Shown: one piece after another, positions 35,537-46,112 of the stretch | Layout: every line of letters begins with the position of its first letter | How positions within the stretch are numbered: position 1 is the first letter of the stretch | Source: a virus | Taxonomy: Duplodnaviria; Caudoviricetes | Length of the DNA: 52,811 nucleotides | Reading direction: 5' to 3' (one strand) | Virus record (IMG/VR): IMGVR_UViG_3300048850_000156 | Location: 1 to 52,811 of that record | Translations under genes and position numbers: made by a program | Notes under the pieces: generated by a model | Seen by the model: the letters and a program-made list of their open reading frames with translations, nothing else | Told to the model about the DNA's origin: nothing | The model's database searches: none

Positions 35537-38241
35537 TGAAAAAGACGCTTGGTATCCTGTTCGATGCAGCGACGATCTTTCTTAGCTCGACCGCTATTGC
35601 CGTTGCCGATCCGATCAGCGGTCTCATCATTGGATTGTCTTCTACACTTGCTGCCGGCGGCATTGGCGCGGCCATTGTAAAGGTCGGCATCTTTGTTGCC
35701 CTGTCGGTTGGCAAAAGCCTCCTCACCAAGGCACTGACGAAGAAGCAGACGGTTCCCGGCATCAATGGGCAGATGAAGATTGGCGGGGATAACCCGCTGT
35801 CGTTCATAGTCGGTACCTATGCGACGGCCGGAACGCTCGAATACGTCAACACCTCGGGCAAGGCGGGCAAGACGCCGAACGCCTACCTGACCCAGGTCAT
35901 CAGCCTGTCTGACTTTCCAGTCGACTCCTTGTCCAACATACTTTGGGTGAATGGCCAGAAATGCGAGATCGATTTCGCCGGAGGCCTCGATGGTGCCGAT
36001 CAGGTTGGATACAAGGTCAATGAGTTTATCGACAACGGTCAGCCTTACCTCTGGGTTCGGTTCCACGACGGTCACACCAATGTTGGTGACAGCTTCCTTT
36101 ACAACAAGTTCAATTCGGATAGTGTTCGGCCCTGGTCAAATGACATGATCGGCGAGGGCATCGCCTATGCGGTGATCACGGCTCGCGTCAATCGCGAGCT
36201 GTTGCCCGGTGTGCCTCAGTGTCGGTTCGGTATCCGCGGTGCTCGCCTCTACGATCCGCGCAAGGATTCGACCAATGGCGGGTCAGGCGCGCATCGTTGG
36301 GACAATCAGGCGACTTGGGAATGGACCGATAATCCTGTCGTCATCATCTACAATATCCTGCGCGGTCTCTATTACGACGGCGAATGGTTCTACGGACTGC
36401 AGAAGATGATCGCGAGCCGGCTGCCAGTCGGTAACTGGTTTGCAGGAATGAACGAATGCGATCGTCTCATCACCAACGCCGATGGATCGACGGAAAAGCA
36501 GTACCGTTGCGGTACCGAGATCTCTTGCGATCAGGAACCCTTGCAGATCATCGATGAACTGCGCAAGTCATGCAACGCGCGCATCGCGGAGATTGGTGGC
36601 ATCTACAAGATCCTCGTCGGTGCTGCTGCGATGCCGGTCTACGCCATGAATGACGAAACGGTGGCGGTGACGGAAGGGCAGAACTTCACGCCCTTTCCCG
36701 GTCTGGAAAGCCTCTATAACGGCGTCCATGCCACCTATCCCGAGCCTGAAGAAAACTGGGGAACGAAGGACGCTCCGCCGATCTATCGGTCCGATCTCGA
36801 AGCGCAAGACGACAACCGCCGTCTCATGGCGGATGCTACCTTCCCGTATGTGCCTTTCTCCCGCCAGGTGCAGCGCCTATCCAAGGCCATGATCGAAACG
36901 GAGCGTCGGTTTCGCACGTTGAAATGGACGTTACCGCCCGAGCTCTACGAATACGAGCCGCTGGACACGATTTCTGTGTCCAGTGTAGGGAACGGCTTTG
37001 ACGACAAATATTTCCTGATCGAATCAATGGATGATGGCGATAATGGCAATCAGGGTGTTGCCGTGCGCGAAGTTGATCCGGCTGACTACGACTGGAACGC
37101 GGGTACTGATGAGCGTCCGACCGTCATCGGCTCGCTCGATCCTATCCGTCCCGCACCACAGTACGTGCAGGACTTTCAGGTGTTCCCCTATACGCAGGTT
37201 GACAGCGCAGGTAAGTCACGCCGCCCGGCCATCCTTCTGGTCTGGAACGGCGAAGAGCAGGACGAAGTAATCGGCGTGCAGTATCGCATCCGCAAATCCT
37301 CGTCGCTTGCCTTCGATTATATGGGGCAAACCCTGGATGTGCCGAAGGGCGATCATGTTATTTCCGAGTTCGTGCTTGCCAGCCAGCCTTATATCGTCAA
37401 TGCCCGCTGGATCGGAACGGAACCCAATCGAGAATTCCCATGGGGCGATGATCTTCCCGTCACTGCACCGAATGTGCTGCTCGGCTCGCAGGATATCATC
37501 GTGGAGCTTCAGGCGGTTCAGAATGACATGCGCAACGTCCTGGAGGGGCTCCGCGACGATCTTGAGCACGTCCAGGACAAGATCGAGCGTGTTGCGACCG
37601 ATGCAGCAACGGGAACCGGCCAGAACATCGTCGATCGCAAGATAATTACAAAGGCAGTTGCCAATGCGATGTCGAGCATCGTTGAGGAAAGCCGCCAGCG
37701 TGTCGAAGAGAATTTCGCCATGTCGGAGCGTACCACGCTGCTTCAGTCGAAGGTCACTGATCCCGTCACAGGCAATGATGCTCTTTCGACGGCATTGTTT
37801 ACACTGAACACGGTTGTCGACGGGCAGGGCGACGATATAACTGCCCTCGCGGAAGCCCTCCTCGATGTCGAAGCCAGCGTTGGCGATATCTCCGCCGGCG
37901 GGCTGATAAGCTTCAAGGTCCAAATACCGCCTCCTGCCGGTGTTCTTTCCCAGATCAACATTCTCGCCCGGGCGAATACCGCATCCGCGTTCATTCAATC
38001 GGGGATGGTCATTCAGGTTTATGACTCGGGCGGCGGCGTGCTCAAGAGCAAGATCCTGATGCTGACGGATCAGTTTGTCATCTGGGATGGGACAACGCAG
38101 AACCTGCCGTTTGTCTATGCAGGCGGCGTCCTCAAGCTGGCAGTCGCGAACATCGGTCTGGTCACAGCCGGCATGATCCAGTCTGTCAACGGCAAATTGC
38201 AGATCGATCTCGACAACGTTCGCATCCTTATGTCGGATTGA
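35536..38241 (+). CDS. Tail tip/host-specificity protein (gpJ-like)
   Basis: About 900 aa; GIAY, GARLYDPRKDST.GGSG.HR...TWEWTDNP; C-terminal coiled coil. Confidence 0.85.
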   Translation: MKKTLGILFDAATIFLSSTAIAVADPISGLIIGLSSTLAAGGIGAAIVKVGIFVALSVGKSLLTKALTKKQTVPGINGQMKIGGDNPLSFIVGTYATAGTLEYVNTSGKAGKTPNAYLTQVISLSDFPVDSLSNILWVNGQKCEIDFAGGLDGADQVGYKVNEFIDNGQPYLWVRFHDGHTNVGDSFLYNKFNSDSVRPWSNDMIGEGIAYAVITARVNRELLPGVPQCRFGIRGARLYDPRKDSTNGGSGAHRWDNQATWEWTDNPVVIIYNILRGLYYDGEWFYGLQKMIASRLPVGNWFAGMNECDRLITNADGSTEKQYRCGTEISCDQEPLQIIDELRKSCNARIAEIGGIYKILVGAAAMPVYAMNDETVAVTEGQNFTPFPGLESLYNGVHATYPEPEENWGTKDAPPIYRSDLEAQDDNRRLMADATFPYVPFSRQVQRLSKAMIETERRFRTLKWTLPPELYEYEPLDTISVSSVGNGFDDKYFLIESMDDGDNGNQGVAVREVDPADYDWNAGTDERPTVIGSLDPIRPAPQYVQDFQVFPYTQVDSAGKSRRPAILLVWNGEEQDEVIGVQYRIRKSSSLAFDYMGQTLDVPKGDHVISEFVLASQPYIVNARWIGTEPNREFPWGDDLPVTAPNVLLGSQDIIVELQAVQNDMRNVLEGLRDDLEHVQDKIERVATDAATGTGQNIVDRKIITKAVANAMSSIVEESRQRVEENFAMSERTTLLQSKVTDPVTGNDALSTALFTLNTVVDGQGDDITALAEALLDVEASVGDISAGGLISFKVQIPPPAGVLSQINILARANTASAFIQSGMVIQVYDSGGGVLKSKILMLTDQFVIWDGTTQNLPFVYAGGVLKLAVANIGLVTAGMIQSVNGKLQIDLDNVRILMSD

Positions 38242-38248
38242 TCAAAAC

Positions 38249-38665
38249 ATGGTAACGCGCACACTTATCGGATCCTATCCCACGCTTGGCGGCGGCGCCC
38301 CGCGCATCCGCATCTCGAAACCGCTGAAGGACGTTTTGTCGGCAGGGCTCAATGTCGAGGATCTGGCGTTTGACAGTTCTTGGAATGACGCGGGCGTCGT
38401 CTACAAGACCGGGATTGTAAGCGTTGACCCTCCTGCCGTGCCAGTAGACATCCCGTTCGGAGAAACATTGCCGACTGCGCCATTTTGCATGGTCTTCAAG
38501 GTAATGAGTGCCAACGAATTCTGGATGGGTTCGACGGACAGCGATGGTCCGAATGGCTACCAATGGCATGCGGAATGCACGACAAGCTACCTGAGGTTTT
38601 TCCCATACCACGGTTCGCTTGACGCTTATATCGGCGGGTATGTGATCTTGCGTGGGCCGCTATAA
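38249..38665 (+). CDS. Tail-tip accessory protein, paralog 1
   Basis: RTLIG...ISKPLKDVLSA...LAFDS N-terminal motif shared with the next two genes. Confidence 0.65.
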   Translation: MVTRTLIGSYPTLGGGAPRIRISKPLKDVLSAGLNVEDLAFDSSWNDAGVVYKTGIVSVDPPAVPVDIPFGETLPTAPFCMVFKVMSANEFWMGSTDSDGPNGYQWHAECTTSYLRFFPYHGSLDAYIGGYVILRGPL

Positions 38666-39054
38666 TGGTGTGGCGGCTTCTTATCGGCAATCATCCGACG
38701 CATGGCATGGGCGGATATGTCTCGGTACCGGGCATAGACGTCTTCGCGGCGACCAAGTTTCAAATGATGTGGTCAACGCAGCAAGAGCAGCTTCAGATCG
38801 TGCAATCTGGATCCTTCTTTATAAATGGAGGCGACGACGGTGATCCTGAATGGGTTACGATCGGTTGGCCAGCCATGGGGTTCATCCCGTACATCATGAT
38901 TGGCTGCGACCGCTACGAACTCGTCTTTCAGTATCTTTCACCAACGTCTGGACGGGTCAGGCGAGTGACTTATTCAGAAGCACGAACCACGGATTGGCCA
39001 TCTAATTCTACGACGGGCTATTACATGGTGACAAAGACACCAAAACCGTTTTGA
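38665..39054 (+). CDS. Tail-tip accessory protein, paralog 2
   Basis: RLLIG...VSVPGIDVFAA...MMWST. Confidence 0.65.
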   Translation: MVWRLLIGNHPTHGMGGYVSVPGIDVFAATKFQMMWSTQQEQLQIVQSGSFFINGGDDGDPEWVTIGWPAMGFIPYIMIGCDRYELVFQYLSPTSGRVRRVTYSEARTTDWPSNSTTGYYMVTKTPKPF

Positions 39055-39064
39055 GGAAGAATGC

Positions 39065-39508
39065 ATGACCAGACGCATTGGGCTTTCTCCGGGGGTATTC
39101 AATCTGTCGCGGGTGGGATTCGACGTCCTCACAGCAACCGAAGAACAGCTTCTTTTCAGCGCGAACAGAGGAACCCCCGCCCGCTTCATTCGCGGCCAGT
39201 ACGCCGGCAGCGTCGGCAGTGGCGGCGATGATGACGATCACACTGTTCTGTTCGGCAAGACGTTCTCGGTTGTTCCCTTCGTCATCACGTCACTGTACGG
39301 GGGCGCCGGCACGTCGCGCCCGGGCAACTTTGTTCCACAAAAGGGGTTCGGCGGTTCACATCAGCCTTATGGCGACTTCGCCTTCAGCTTCACGCGCTTC
39401 GACGTCGATGTCTATGTGGACCACATGTATTTGCAGATGACGAGTTTTTCCTCTGCGTTCGATTATGCCGTGGACTATCTCGTGTTCGATTACAGATTGG
39501 GGTTTTGA
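39065..39508 (+). CDS. Tail-tip accessory protein, paralog 3
   Basis: RRIG...LSRVGFDVLTA...LLFSA. Confidence 0.65.
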   Translation: MTRRIGLSPGVFNLSRVGFDVLTATEEQLLFSANRGTPARFIRGQYAGSVGSGGDDDDHTVLFGKTFSVVPFVITSLYGGAGTSRPGNFVPQKGFGGSHQPYGDFAFSFTRFDVDVYVDHMYLQMTSFSSAFDYAVDYLVFDYRLGF

Positions 39509-40012
39509 ATGCTTTACCAGGTCAACAAGGACGGCAAAATTGTCCATGTCACAAGCGAGCCTTCCGGCGTCGGCGCAGAGCAAGCCGTAGCACAGATAAA
39601 AAGTGATACGACAAGGGGCGAATGGTTCCAGATTTTGCCCATCCCTTATCCTGAAGAGCCCGTCCTGCGCGACGACGGTCAATATGAACTCGATACCGAT
39701 GGCAATGTCCGCATGCATGTCCCGGGCTATGTCCATCCGGACGTCGGGATTTTCACGCACTATCACAACAAGAAGGGCAAGCTTGCGGAGCGTCCGAAGA
39801 TCCCGCCGCTGGTCAAGACTGAAATCCGTGCGGACGGCAAAGACTTCGTGCCGATCATCGGCCTGCCGGATCCGGTAACGATCTATGTGGATGGCGAGCC
39901 CTACGAAGTGAAAGGCGGACGCCTTGACTTCACCGCGGAAGAGCCAGGGCGCTACAAGATCGAGTTCCGCTGGCCGGTGCAGGATTTCGATGCGGAGATC
40001 GTCGCGAAATGA
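39509..40012 (+). CDS. Tail-associated hypothetical protein
   Basis: IRADGKD...GLPDP...PGRYKIEFRWP; coupled within the operon. Confidence 0.6.
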   Translation: MLYQVNKDGKIVHVTSEPSGVGAEQAVAQIKSDTTRGEWFQILPIPYPEEPVLRDDGQYELDTDGNVRMHVPGYVHPDVGIFTHYHNKKGKLAERPKIPPLVKTEIRADGKDFVPIIGLPDPVTIYVDGEPYEVKGGRLDFTAEEPGRYKIEFRWPVQDFDAEIVAK

Positions 40013-40350
40013 AGATGACGTTCAGCAAGTCGATTGACAAGGAACGACTGCGGGGCAGGGCCTCCATTGACCGCTTCTTTGTGCCGCTGATAAACCATAT
40101 ACTCGGTGACAAGCACGTCCTTTATGCGGCGAAATACACAGCAGCTCTTGCGCATCTATCCGGTACGCCAAGCGCTCTCATCGCGGATGATCAGGAAGCC
40201 CGCGAGATCATCACTCGTCACACCGCATCATTGGATGCCGTTGCTTCGGTCGAACAGCGCCGCCAGGCGCTTCAGTCACGCATTGATGGCTGCAACACCG
40301 CCGCAGAGATTGACGCTCTCCTCGCCCGCGTTCTGACCACAAAGAACTAA
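40009..40350 (+). CDS. Tail-fibre-assembly-like helical protein
   Basis: YAAKY..A...VEQRRQALQSRIDGCNTAAEI. Confidence 0.55.
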   Translation: MKMTFSKSIDKERLRGRASIDRFFVPLINHILGDKHVLYAAKYTAALAHLSGTPSALIADDQEAREIITRHTASLDAVASVEQRRQALQSRIDGCNTAAEIDALLARVLTTKN

Positions 40351-40404
40351 CTCCGTTCCCTTTTCTCTGCCTGCAAGACAGGTTGCAACCATTGAGGTCT
40401 CTCC

Positions 40405-42438
40405 ATGGCACTATCCGACTATTTCTATTCGGACGGCACGATCACGGTCACCAATGGTTCAAAGGTGATAACAGGCGTCGAGACCGCTTGGCAGCTGCGC
40501 CATGCTGTGGGAGCTATCCTGTTCGTCGGTTCAAACTTTGGCTTTGTCGAAAGCGTCTCTGCTGAGGGTGCGGCACTGCTCAAAGACAATTGGGCTGGTC
40601 CAACCTCCGCCGGCGCTGCCTATACAATGTGGCTGGTACCATCTGAAGCATCCCAGAACCTTGCGAACAATCAGCGCTTGTCGGAAATCATTCAATCGCT
40701 CGATGCAGCGCAGGCGGAAAGCGACATTCTGACGGCGATCGGGAACCTCGTGTTCGAGGTTGACGATCTGATCGTCGCCACCGGGGCAAACACCTTCCGC
40801 GTAGCAAAGAAGCTCGAATTCACCAACGGTGCCGAGTACGACAGGTTCGTCAACACGCTTGCTGCTCGCGCAACCTATGATCTACAGGCGGCTGGCTTCA
40901 CCGTGCTGGTCGCCGATATTGGCGATGGTCGGTCGGCTCTTTATGCCAAGAATACCGCAACGGCCGGGGATTGGTCGGATCCCGCGTTCTTGACCGGGGC
41001 GTCAGGCTCATTTCAGTCAAAGGGTAATTGGGCGTTGGTCACTCCATACAATGCGGGCGACGTTGTCAGCTATCAGGGCTCTTCCTGGGTCGCGCTGATC
41101 GACAATACCAATCACGCGCCGCCAAGCCTGCCGACCACGGTAAATACCTGGTGGACTATCCTTGCCACGGCGGGGAAAGGCTTCACCTTCAAGGGCGCTT
41201 ATTCCGGCGCGATTGCCTACGTCAAAGACGATGTTGTGCTCTACAACAACTCGTCCTGGATCGCCCTTATGTCCACGACCGGTAACGCTCCCCCAGCGCT
41301 ACCAACCACCGTTAACACTCAATGGCAGTTGCTTGCCGCTCGTGGCTCTGGCGATGTCAGTGGCCCTGCTTCTGCTGTCGCGGGTAATCTTGCGACGCTA
41401 GATGCCTCAGGCAAAGTGATTGCAGATAGTGGCATACCAGCCGTGAATTTGAGCAATGTTGCTCAACTGAACTTGTTCGTGAATCCTTCGATGCAAGTCA
41501 GCCTCAACGCGGCGGGTGCGGCTGGTACGGCGCCGGGCGGTTATTACGCTACTGAACAATTTTTCACCATCTATGGTTTATCGACTGGTGTGCTTACTTC
41601 ACAGCAGATTGCATCAGTAACACCGGCTGGTTCAGGGTATCGTTACCGCATCACTGTCACAACGGCTGATACTTCGCTTGCGGCCGGTGAATATGCACTT
41701 ATCAGATCTAACATCGAAGGTTATCGACTAGCCGCACTAAAGTTGGGTACGGCATCCGCACGACCATTTAACATTGTGTTCGGGTTCAAGGGACCGGCAG
41801 GAACTTATTCAATAGCGCTGCGAAATGCGGCGGCAACGCGATGCTTTGTTGCAAACTTCACAATCACCGCACCGCAAGCGAACACTGACACCCGTCAGGT
41901 TTTCGTCATTCCCGGAGATACCGTTGCGGCGGTATGGCAACCGACGAATCTACTTGGAATGGAATTTACCATTATGCTTGCAGCAGGATCTAGTTTGGTC
42001 GGCGCAGCCGGTTGGTCAGGTGGCGGCGTCTTTGCAACAGCGTCAAATACGAACGGGGTTGGTACGGCGGCGGCTGTTTATGAATTTTTCGACTTCGATA
42101 TGTACTTGAACAGCGAAAACGCAACCTTCGCGCGTCCCTATGTGCCGACGTTATATGACAATGATTTGCTTGAATGCTTGCGATATTGGGAAAGTGGTGA
42201 CGCCTCGATTGACACATTTGTCACTAGTGGTGGAGTATATTCCGTCACAATCCCTTTTAAAGTCATGAAGCGGGCCGTACCATCCATTGCCCAAACCAAC
42301 TTGGGAACGCCGGCAGGTTTTCCGTCTACGCCTACATCAAATCCCGCGACCATCAATTCCTTCAAGTCATACAGGATAGCTAATGCGACCGGTCAAGGTG
42401 GTTACAATGAAACATGGACCGCAAACGCGAGGCTATAA
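40405..42438 (+). CDS. Tail fibre/receptor-binding protein
   Basis: YSDGTITVTNGS..ITG N-terminus; two CBM5/12-like repeats; GDVSGPASA linker; DLLECLRYWE...FKVMKRAVP C-terminus. Confidence 0.85.
   Translation: MALSDYFYSDGTITVTNGSKVITGVETAWQLRHAVGAILFVGSNFGFVESVSAEGAALLKDNWAGPTSAGAAYTMWLVPSEASQNLANNQRLSEIIQSLDAAQAESDILTAIGNLVFEVDDLIVATGANTFRVAKKLEFTNGAEYDRFVNTLAARATYDLQAAGFTVLVADIGDGRSALYAKNTATAGDWSDPAFLTGASGSFQSKGNWALVTPYNAGDVVSYQGSSWVALIDNTNHAPPSLPTTVNTWWTILATAGKGFTFKGAYSGAIAYVKDDVVLYNNSSWIALMSTTGNAPPALPTTVNTQWQLLAARGSGDVSGPASAVAGNLATLDASGKVIADSGIPAVNLSNVAQLNLFVNPSMQVSLNAAGAAGTAPGGYYATEQFFTIYGLSTGVLTSQQIASVTPAGSGYRYRITVTTADTSLAAGEYALIRSNIEGYRLAALKLGTASARPFNIVFGFKGPAGTYSIALRNAAATRCFVANFTITAPQANTDTRQVFVIPGDTVAAVWQPTNLLGMEFTIMLAAGSSLVGAAGWSGGGVFATASNTNGVGTAAAVYEFFDFDMYLNSENATFARPYVPTLYDNDLLECLRYWESGDASIDTFVTSGGVYSVTIPFKVMKRAVPSIAQTNLGTPAGFPSTPTSNPATINSFKSYRIANATGQGGYNETWTANARL
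41011..41352 (+). repeat. Two tandem 57-aa carbohydrate-binding-like repeats in the tail fibre
   Basis: YNAGDVVSYQGSSWVAL...APPSLPTTVNTWW and YVKDDVVLYNNSSWIAL...APPALPTTVNTQW; period 171 nt. Confidence 0.8.
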
Positions 42439-42464
42439 TGGGATGGAGATTTGTCTCAGAGACG

Positions 42465-42674
42465 TCATTCGTGAAGCCACATCGACCCCAAACTTGTCCG
42501 TGCGGCTTCGTATTTTTCTCTGGCAGTCCTTACTTCATCAGCCGAAAGATCCCGGCCGCTTTTACAGCGGTCGGCACTTTCCTCTAGTACGGCAAGCGCC
42601 TCCTTGACCGTGAGGTCAGCGGCAAACACGGGCGTGCAAAAGAACAGCGCAGCGGCGGTAACGTGCTCTATCAT
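42465..42674 (-). CDS. Small exported hypothetical protein
   Basis: Signal-like MIEHVTAAALFFCTPVFAA. Confidence 0.4.
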   Translation of the reverse strand: MIEHVTAAALFFCTPVFAADLTVKEALAVLEESADRCKSGRDLSADEVRTAREKYEAARTSLGSMWLHE

Positions 42675-42749
42675 GCGAATCCAGTTACCCAGTTATAGAC
42701 AATCCACGGCTGGCAATCTAACGGGTATCCTATTAATACAGGAAGCTTC

Positions 42750-44702
42750 ATGCGCTCGCAACTCGTAGCCTTTTCCGTCACAATAATATTAGCTTTACTT
42801 GTCATCTTTTTTTGGGGTGGTCAGTCCTACACCGTTTCGACTGATTTTGGATTGCACTACGCAGTCCTTCAGCATATCAGCCAACACTTCGCATGGCCTT
42901 CCGAAGTCCTACCGAACCTTGAGGAGATGAGTTTTTACCCGCCGATGGCCCACACCCTCGGCGCTGTGGCAGGATATCTAACGGGTTCGCCCGTCACAGG
43001 CATGACAATGGTATCCCTCCTAAGCGTTTTTGGGAGTTATGTTGCGCTCTTGAACCTTGTCCGATTCAAGAGTTCAATCGAGACTCTCGCTGCGATCACA
43101 ACTTTTCTTTTCGTCATAGCGGCCTTCCACCACCTCAACATTTTTGTGGGAGGCGAAATTATCCAAAACTTCTTCTATCCCCAGATCGTCTCATTCTTTC
43201 TCGTGCTTGTACTCATCGCAATTTTTTTCTCGGGGCACGTTGCTCCTGTTCCTTTGGCGATTTCCGCCATCGCTATTACGTTTGGTCTCGGATGGGTGTT
43301 CCCCATGGCCACGATGCAGTTCGCTTGCGCTACTCTCGCATACTTTGGGATCGCAACCCTGAAAGGATTGACCTCTAAGGACCGTAGGGCATCGTTGCTA
43401 AACGGCAGTCTTCTCGCGGCCTTGGCGTTTACACTCCCGGCTGCGATAGAACTTCATCCAACGTTTCAACTCATCAAGGCCATTGCGGCGTGGCAGGGGG
43501 GTATCATGCTCAACGTCCCGGTCAATCAGGTGCCGGTGATACTTCTAATTTGCAGCCTGCCAATTGCCGTATTGGCCATCCTCTATTTGCGGGGCAATCT
43601 ACGAGGGGTGGCCCGTCCTATCGCCCTTGTAACAACTGCTGGCGGCATTTTCGGTGCGGCGCTCGCTCAAATCCTAGCGCTTAAACTGGGGCTCGGATCG
43701 AGTTACGGCATCACCAAACACGTTTTTCCGGTCGTCACGATGGGTACTGCGGTCTCGTCTGTTCTAATTGTCAACACGTTCTCCTCTTGGCTCGGAAGGC
43801 AGCGATCGGAATATGCTGCATTGGATGGCATCGTGGTTGCGTGTGGTGCATTCGTGGCTTTCGCCGTGATCTTTTCCACTCCCGGCAGGTCTCTCGCTCC
43901 GCTGGTCGAAACTCAGAAGTTCATTGTCTCCAACGCCCCGGCAGATGCCGTTGGGCGTACAGTCTCCCTGGATAGGAACTTGCTGCCTTTTGAAAACTTT
44001 GCGTTGAGTCTTGGCGATCTTGCTTATCCAAAAAAGGCGGCAGCAGTCAGGATCCTCGGGCCACAGGTGCTCAACGGATACTATGATATTCTCGGGCAAA
44101 AAAAGACCGAGAGCTACAGTGCGGAGAAGGTTTTGGCTGAAGCTCCGCTCTCCTACTACGTCATAAATTCCGACAGTGTGCCGAAGCCAGACGGCGCATG
44201 TATTGCGTCCAGTTCACCGCGGATTAACGCAGAATTCATCCGCGCCCCCTGTCTTGATACGGATGTCAATTATTCGCTGGGGAAAACCATTGAGATACGC
44301 CACCTTCGAGGTGACCGCCCATTCTTGCGCAAAGGGTGGAGTACCGTTGAACAATTTGGCGTCTGGAGCGATGGTCCAACAGCAGTGCTTGTTCTACCCC
44401 TCAGCGAGGCTCCTAAAGGAGCCCTTGTGCTTGACGTGGATGCAACAGCATATTTGTCGGAAGCTACACCGATACAGCGCATCGAGGTAGTGGTTGGGGG
44501 CCAGAAGGTGGGGGAATGGGTATTCTCGGCCCAACAACAAGGCAACCAACGTTCTGTCTCTATACCGGCGTCTGCAATGCCAAGGAGTGGTGAGATTACC
44601 TTTCATATGCTCGATGCAATCTCCCCGCCGGGAGACGCCCGTAACATCGCGTTAGGGTTGAAATCATTTAAGCTGTACGAAAGACCGGCGGCGCCTAAGT
44701 GA
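42750..44702 (+). CDS. Polytopic membrane protein, GT-C-like glycosyltransferase with periplasmic C-terminal beta-sandwich
   Basis: TM1 followed by STDFGLHY...YPPMAH loop; roughly a dozen hydrophobic segments; C-terminal GWSTVEQFGVWSDG...DARNIALGL. Confidence 0.65.
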   Translation: MRSQLVAFSVTIILALLVIFFWGGQSYTVSTDFGLHYAVLQHISQHFAWPSEVLPNLEEMSFYPPMAHTLGAVAGYLTGSPVTGMTMVSLLSVFGSYVALLNLVRFKSSIETLAAITTFLFVIAAFHHLNIFVGGEIIQNFFYPQIVSFFLVLVLIAIFFSGHVAPVPLAISAIAITFGLGWVFPMATMQFACATLAYFGIATLKGLTSKDRRASLLNGSLLAALAFTLPAAIELHPTFQLIKAIAAWQGGIMLNVPVNQVPVILLICSLPIAVLAILYLRGNLRGVARPIALVTTAGGIFGAALAQILALKLGLGSSYGITKHVFPVVTMGTAVSSVLIVNTFSSWLGRQRSEYAALDGIVVACGAFVAFAVIFSTPGRSLAPLVETQKFIVSNAPADAVGRTVSLDRNLLPFENFALSLGDLAYPKKAAAVRILGPQVLNGYYDILGQKKTESYSAEKVLAEAPLSYYVINSDSVPKPDGACIASSSPRINAEFIRAPCLDTDVNYSLGKTIEIRHLRGDRPFLRKGWSTVEQFGVWSDGPTAVLVLPLSEAPKGALVLDVDATAYLSEATPIQRIEVVVGGQKVGEWVFSAQQQGNQRSVSIPASAMPRSGEITFHMLDAISPPGDARNIALGLKSFKLYERPAAPK

Positions 44703-44736
44703 TGGCAATCGTCACCCTCGGCCAAGGAGTTGCTGC

Positions 44737-45963
44737 ATGAAAATAGCTGTTTTCACACCGGCACTGAAACAATCCGCCATTGGCCGCTCAACAGCGCTTG
44801 TCACCAAGGCGCTGGTTGCAAAAGGGCATGAGGTCATTGTCGTGCGCGCCGAGATGGAGGAATTTCTCGCTCTTCCGGCACACGACTTTGGCGCACCGCT
44901 GATTGCATGGAACAACACGCTGCAAGTTGAAGCCGTTCTTACGGATTCGCTCGCTGTATATCAGATCGGCAATCACTACCCGTATCACAAGGGTTGCCTT
45001 GAGTGGCTTCCGGAAAATCCGGGCATCGTTTGCCTGCACGATTACTACCTTGGAATGCTGTTCCATTCATGGGGGGAGAAGCAGGTTCCGGAAGCTCTAA
45101 GGCTTCTACGCGCATGGTACAGCGATTACGCAGCGGACAAGTTCTTTGAGTATCCGGATGCAGAATCATTCATTGAGGGAACGCGCTGGGTATCGCCAAT
45201 GACCGAGTGGATATGCGCGATGGCGAGTGGAGTAATTGCACATAGTGCATGGAACATCAGCAGGGTGTTGAGGTCGTGTGCTGGACCTGTCTCGACGGTT
45301 GCTCTGGCATATGACAAGGGTGATGCCCGTGAACCACGCCCGCCCCACAACGAAAAGTTCGTCATACTGACGGTCGGGCACATCAACGAAAACAAGCGCT
45401 CGCATTCGGTCATCAAGGCGATTGGCTCGTCCCATTTGCGGAAAAGTGCCGTCTACCGCATGGCAGGTTCAGTAACGGAAAAGACTCGAGACCGCCTTGA
45501 AAAGCAGGCGGCGCAGGAAGGCGTCGAAATAGAGTTGTTGGGCCATGTGGACGACGACGAACTGGCGTCACACCTGCAAGATGCAGACGTGGTAAGTTGC
45601 CTACGCTGGCCGGTTCTCGAAAGCGCATCGGCAACTGCAATCGAGGCAATGCTGCATGGGAAGCCAACCATTGTGACTGATACCGGCTTTTACTTCGAGC
45701 TTCCCGATGACTGCGTCATGAAGGTGGACCCTCATAACGAGGTGAACGGCATACGTTCTGCCCTGGAGACGCTACATGCCTCCGAAGCGCATAGACTGCA
45801 GATCGGCAGTGCCGCCCGACAATATGCACAAACAATGTTCTCGGCTGACAAGTACGCAGAGAGCTTGGTTGGGATGGCGGGGGCCGCCAATGAGGCCAGA
45901 AAGCTCATCCTGCAGGCCCGAGAAGCAGTCGACGCCCGCCGGAGAGAAGGGACACTACTCTGA
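44737..45963 (+). CDS. GT4-family (GT-B) glycosyltransferase
   Basis: VYQIGNH..H, VCLHD, VGHINENKR, ESASATAIEAMLHGKPTIVTD (EX7E-like). Confidence 0.88.
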   Translation: MKIAVFTPALKQSAIGRSTALVTKALVAKGHEVIVVRAEMEEFLALPAHDFGAPLIAWNNTLQVEAVLTDSLAVYQIGNHYPYHKGCLEWLPENPGIVCLHDYYLGMLFHSWGEKQVPEALRLLRAWYSDYAADKFFEYPDAESFIEGTRWVSPMTEWICAMASGVIAHSAWNISRVLRSCAGPVSTVALAYDKGDAREPRPPHNEKFVILTVGHINENKRSHSVIKAIGSSHLRKSAVYRMAGSVTEKTRDRLEKQAAQEGVEIELLGHVDDDELASHLQDADVVSCLRWPVLESASATAIEAMLHGKPTIVTDTGFYFELPDDCVMKVDPHNEVNGIRSALETLHASEAHRLQIGSAARQYAQTMFSADKYAESLVGMAGAANEARKLILQAREAVDARRREGTLL

Positions 45964-46112
45964 ATCTCGATCATGGCAGTAACACCCAGTTGAGGTTAAA
46001 AAATTTTGTCTCGTTGACAGACGAAGAGCCCGCTCTCTTTATCCACGACTCGTGGTTTTTCGTTGTATTTTTCTCGCAGTGGTGATAGCGGGATCGTGGG
46101 CTAGAGGGCAAG

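Noticed and set aside
40405-42700. Diversity-generating retroelement or invertible tail-fibre shufflon
   Set aside because: No reverse transcriptase or invertase, and no template/variable repeat pair or inverted fibre cassettes seen.
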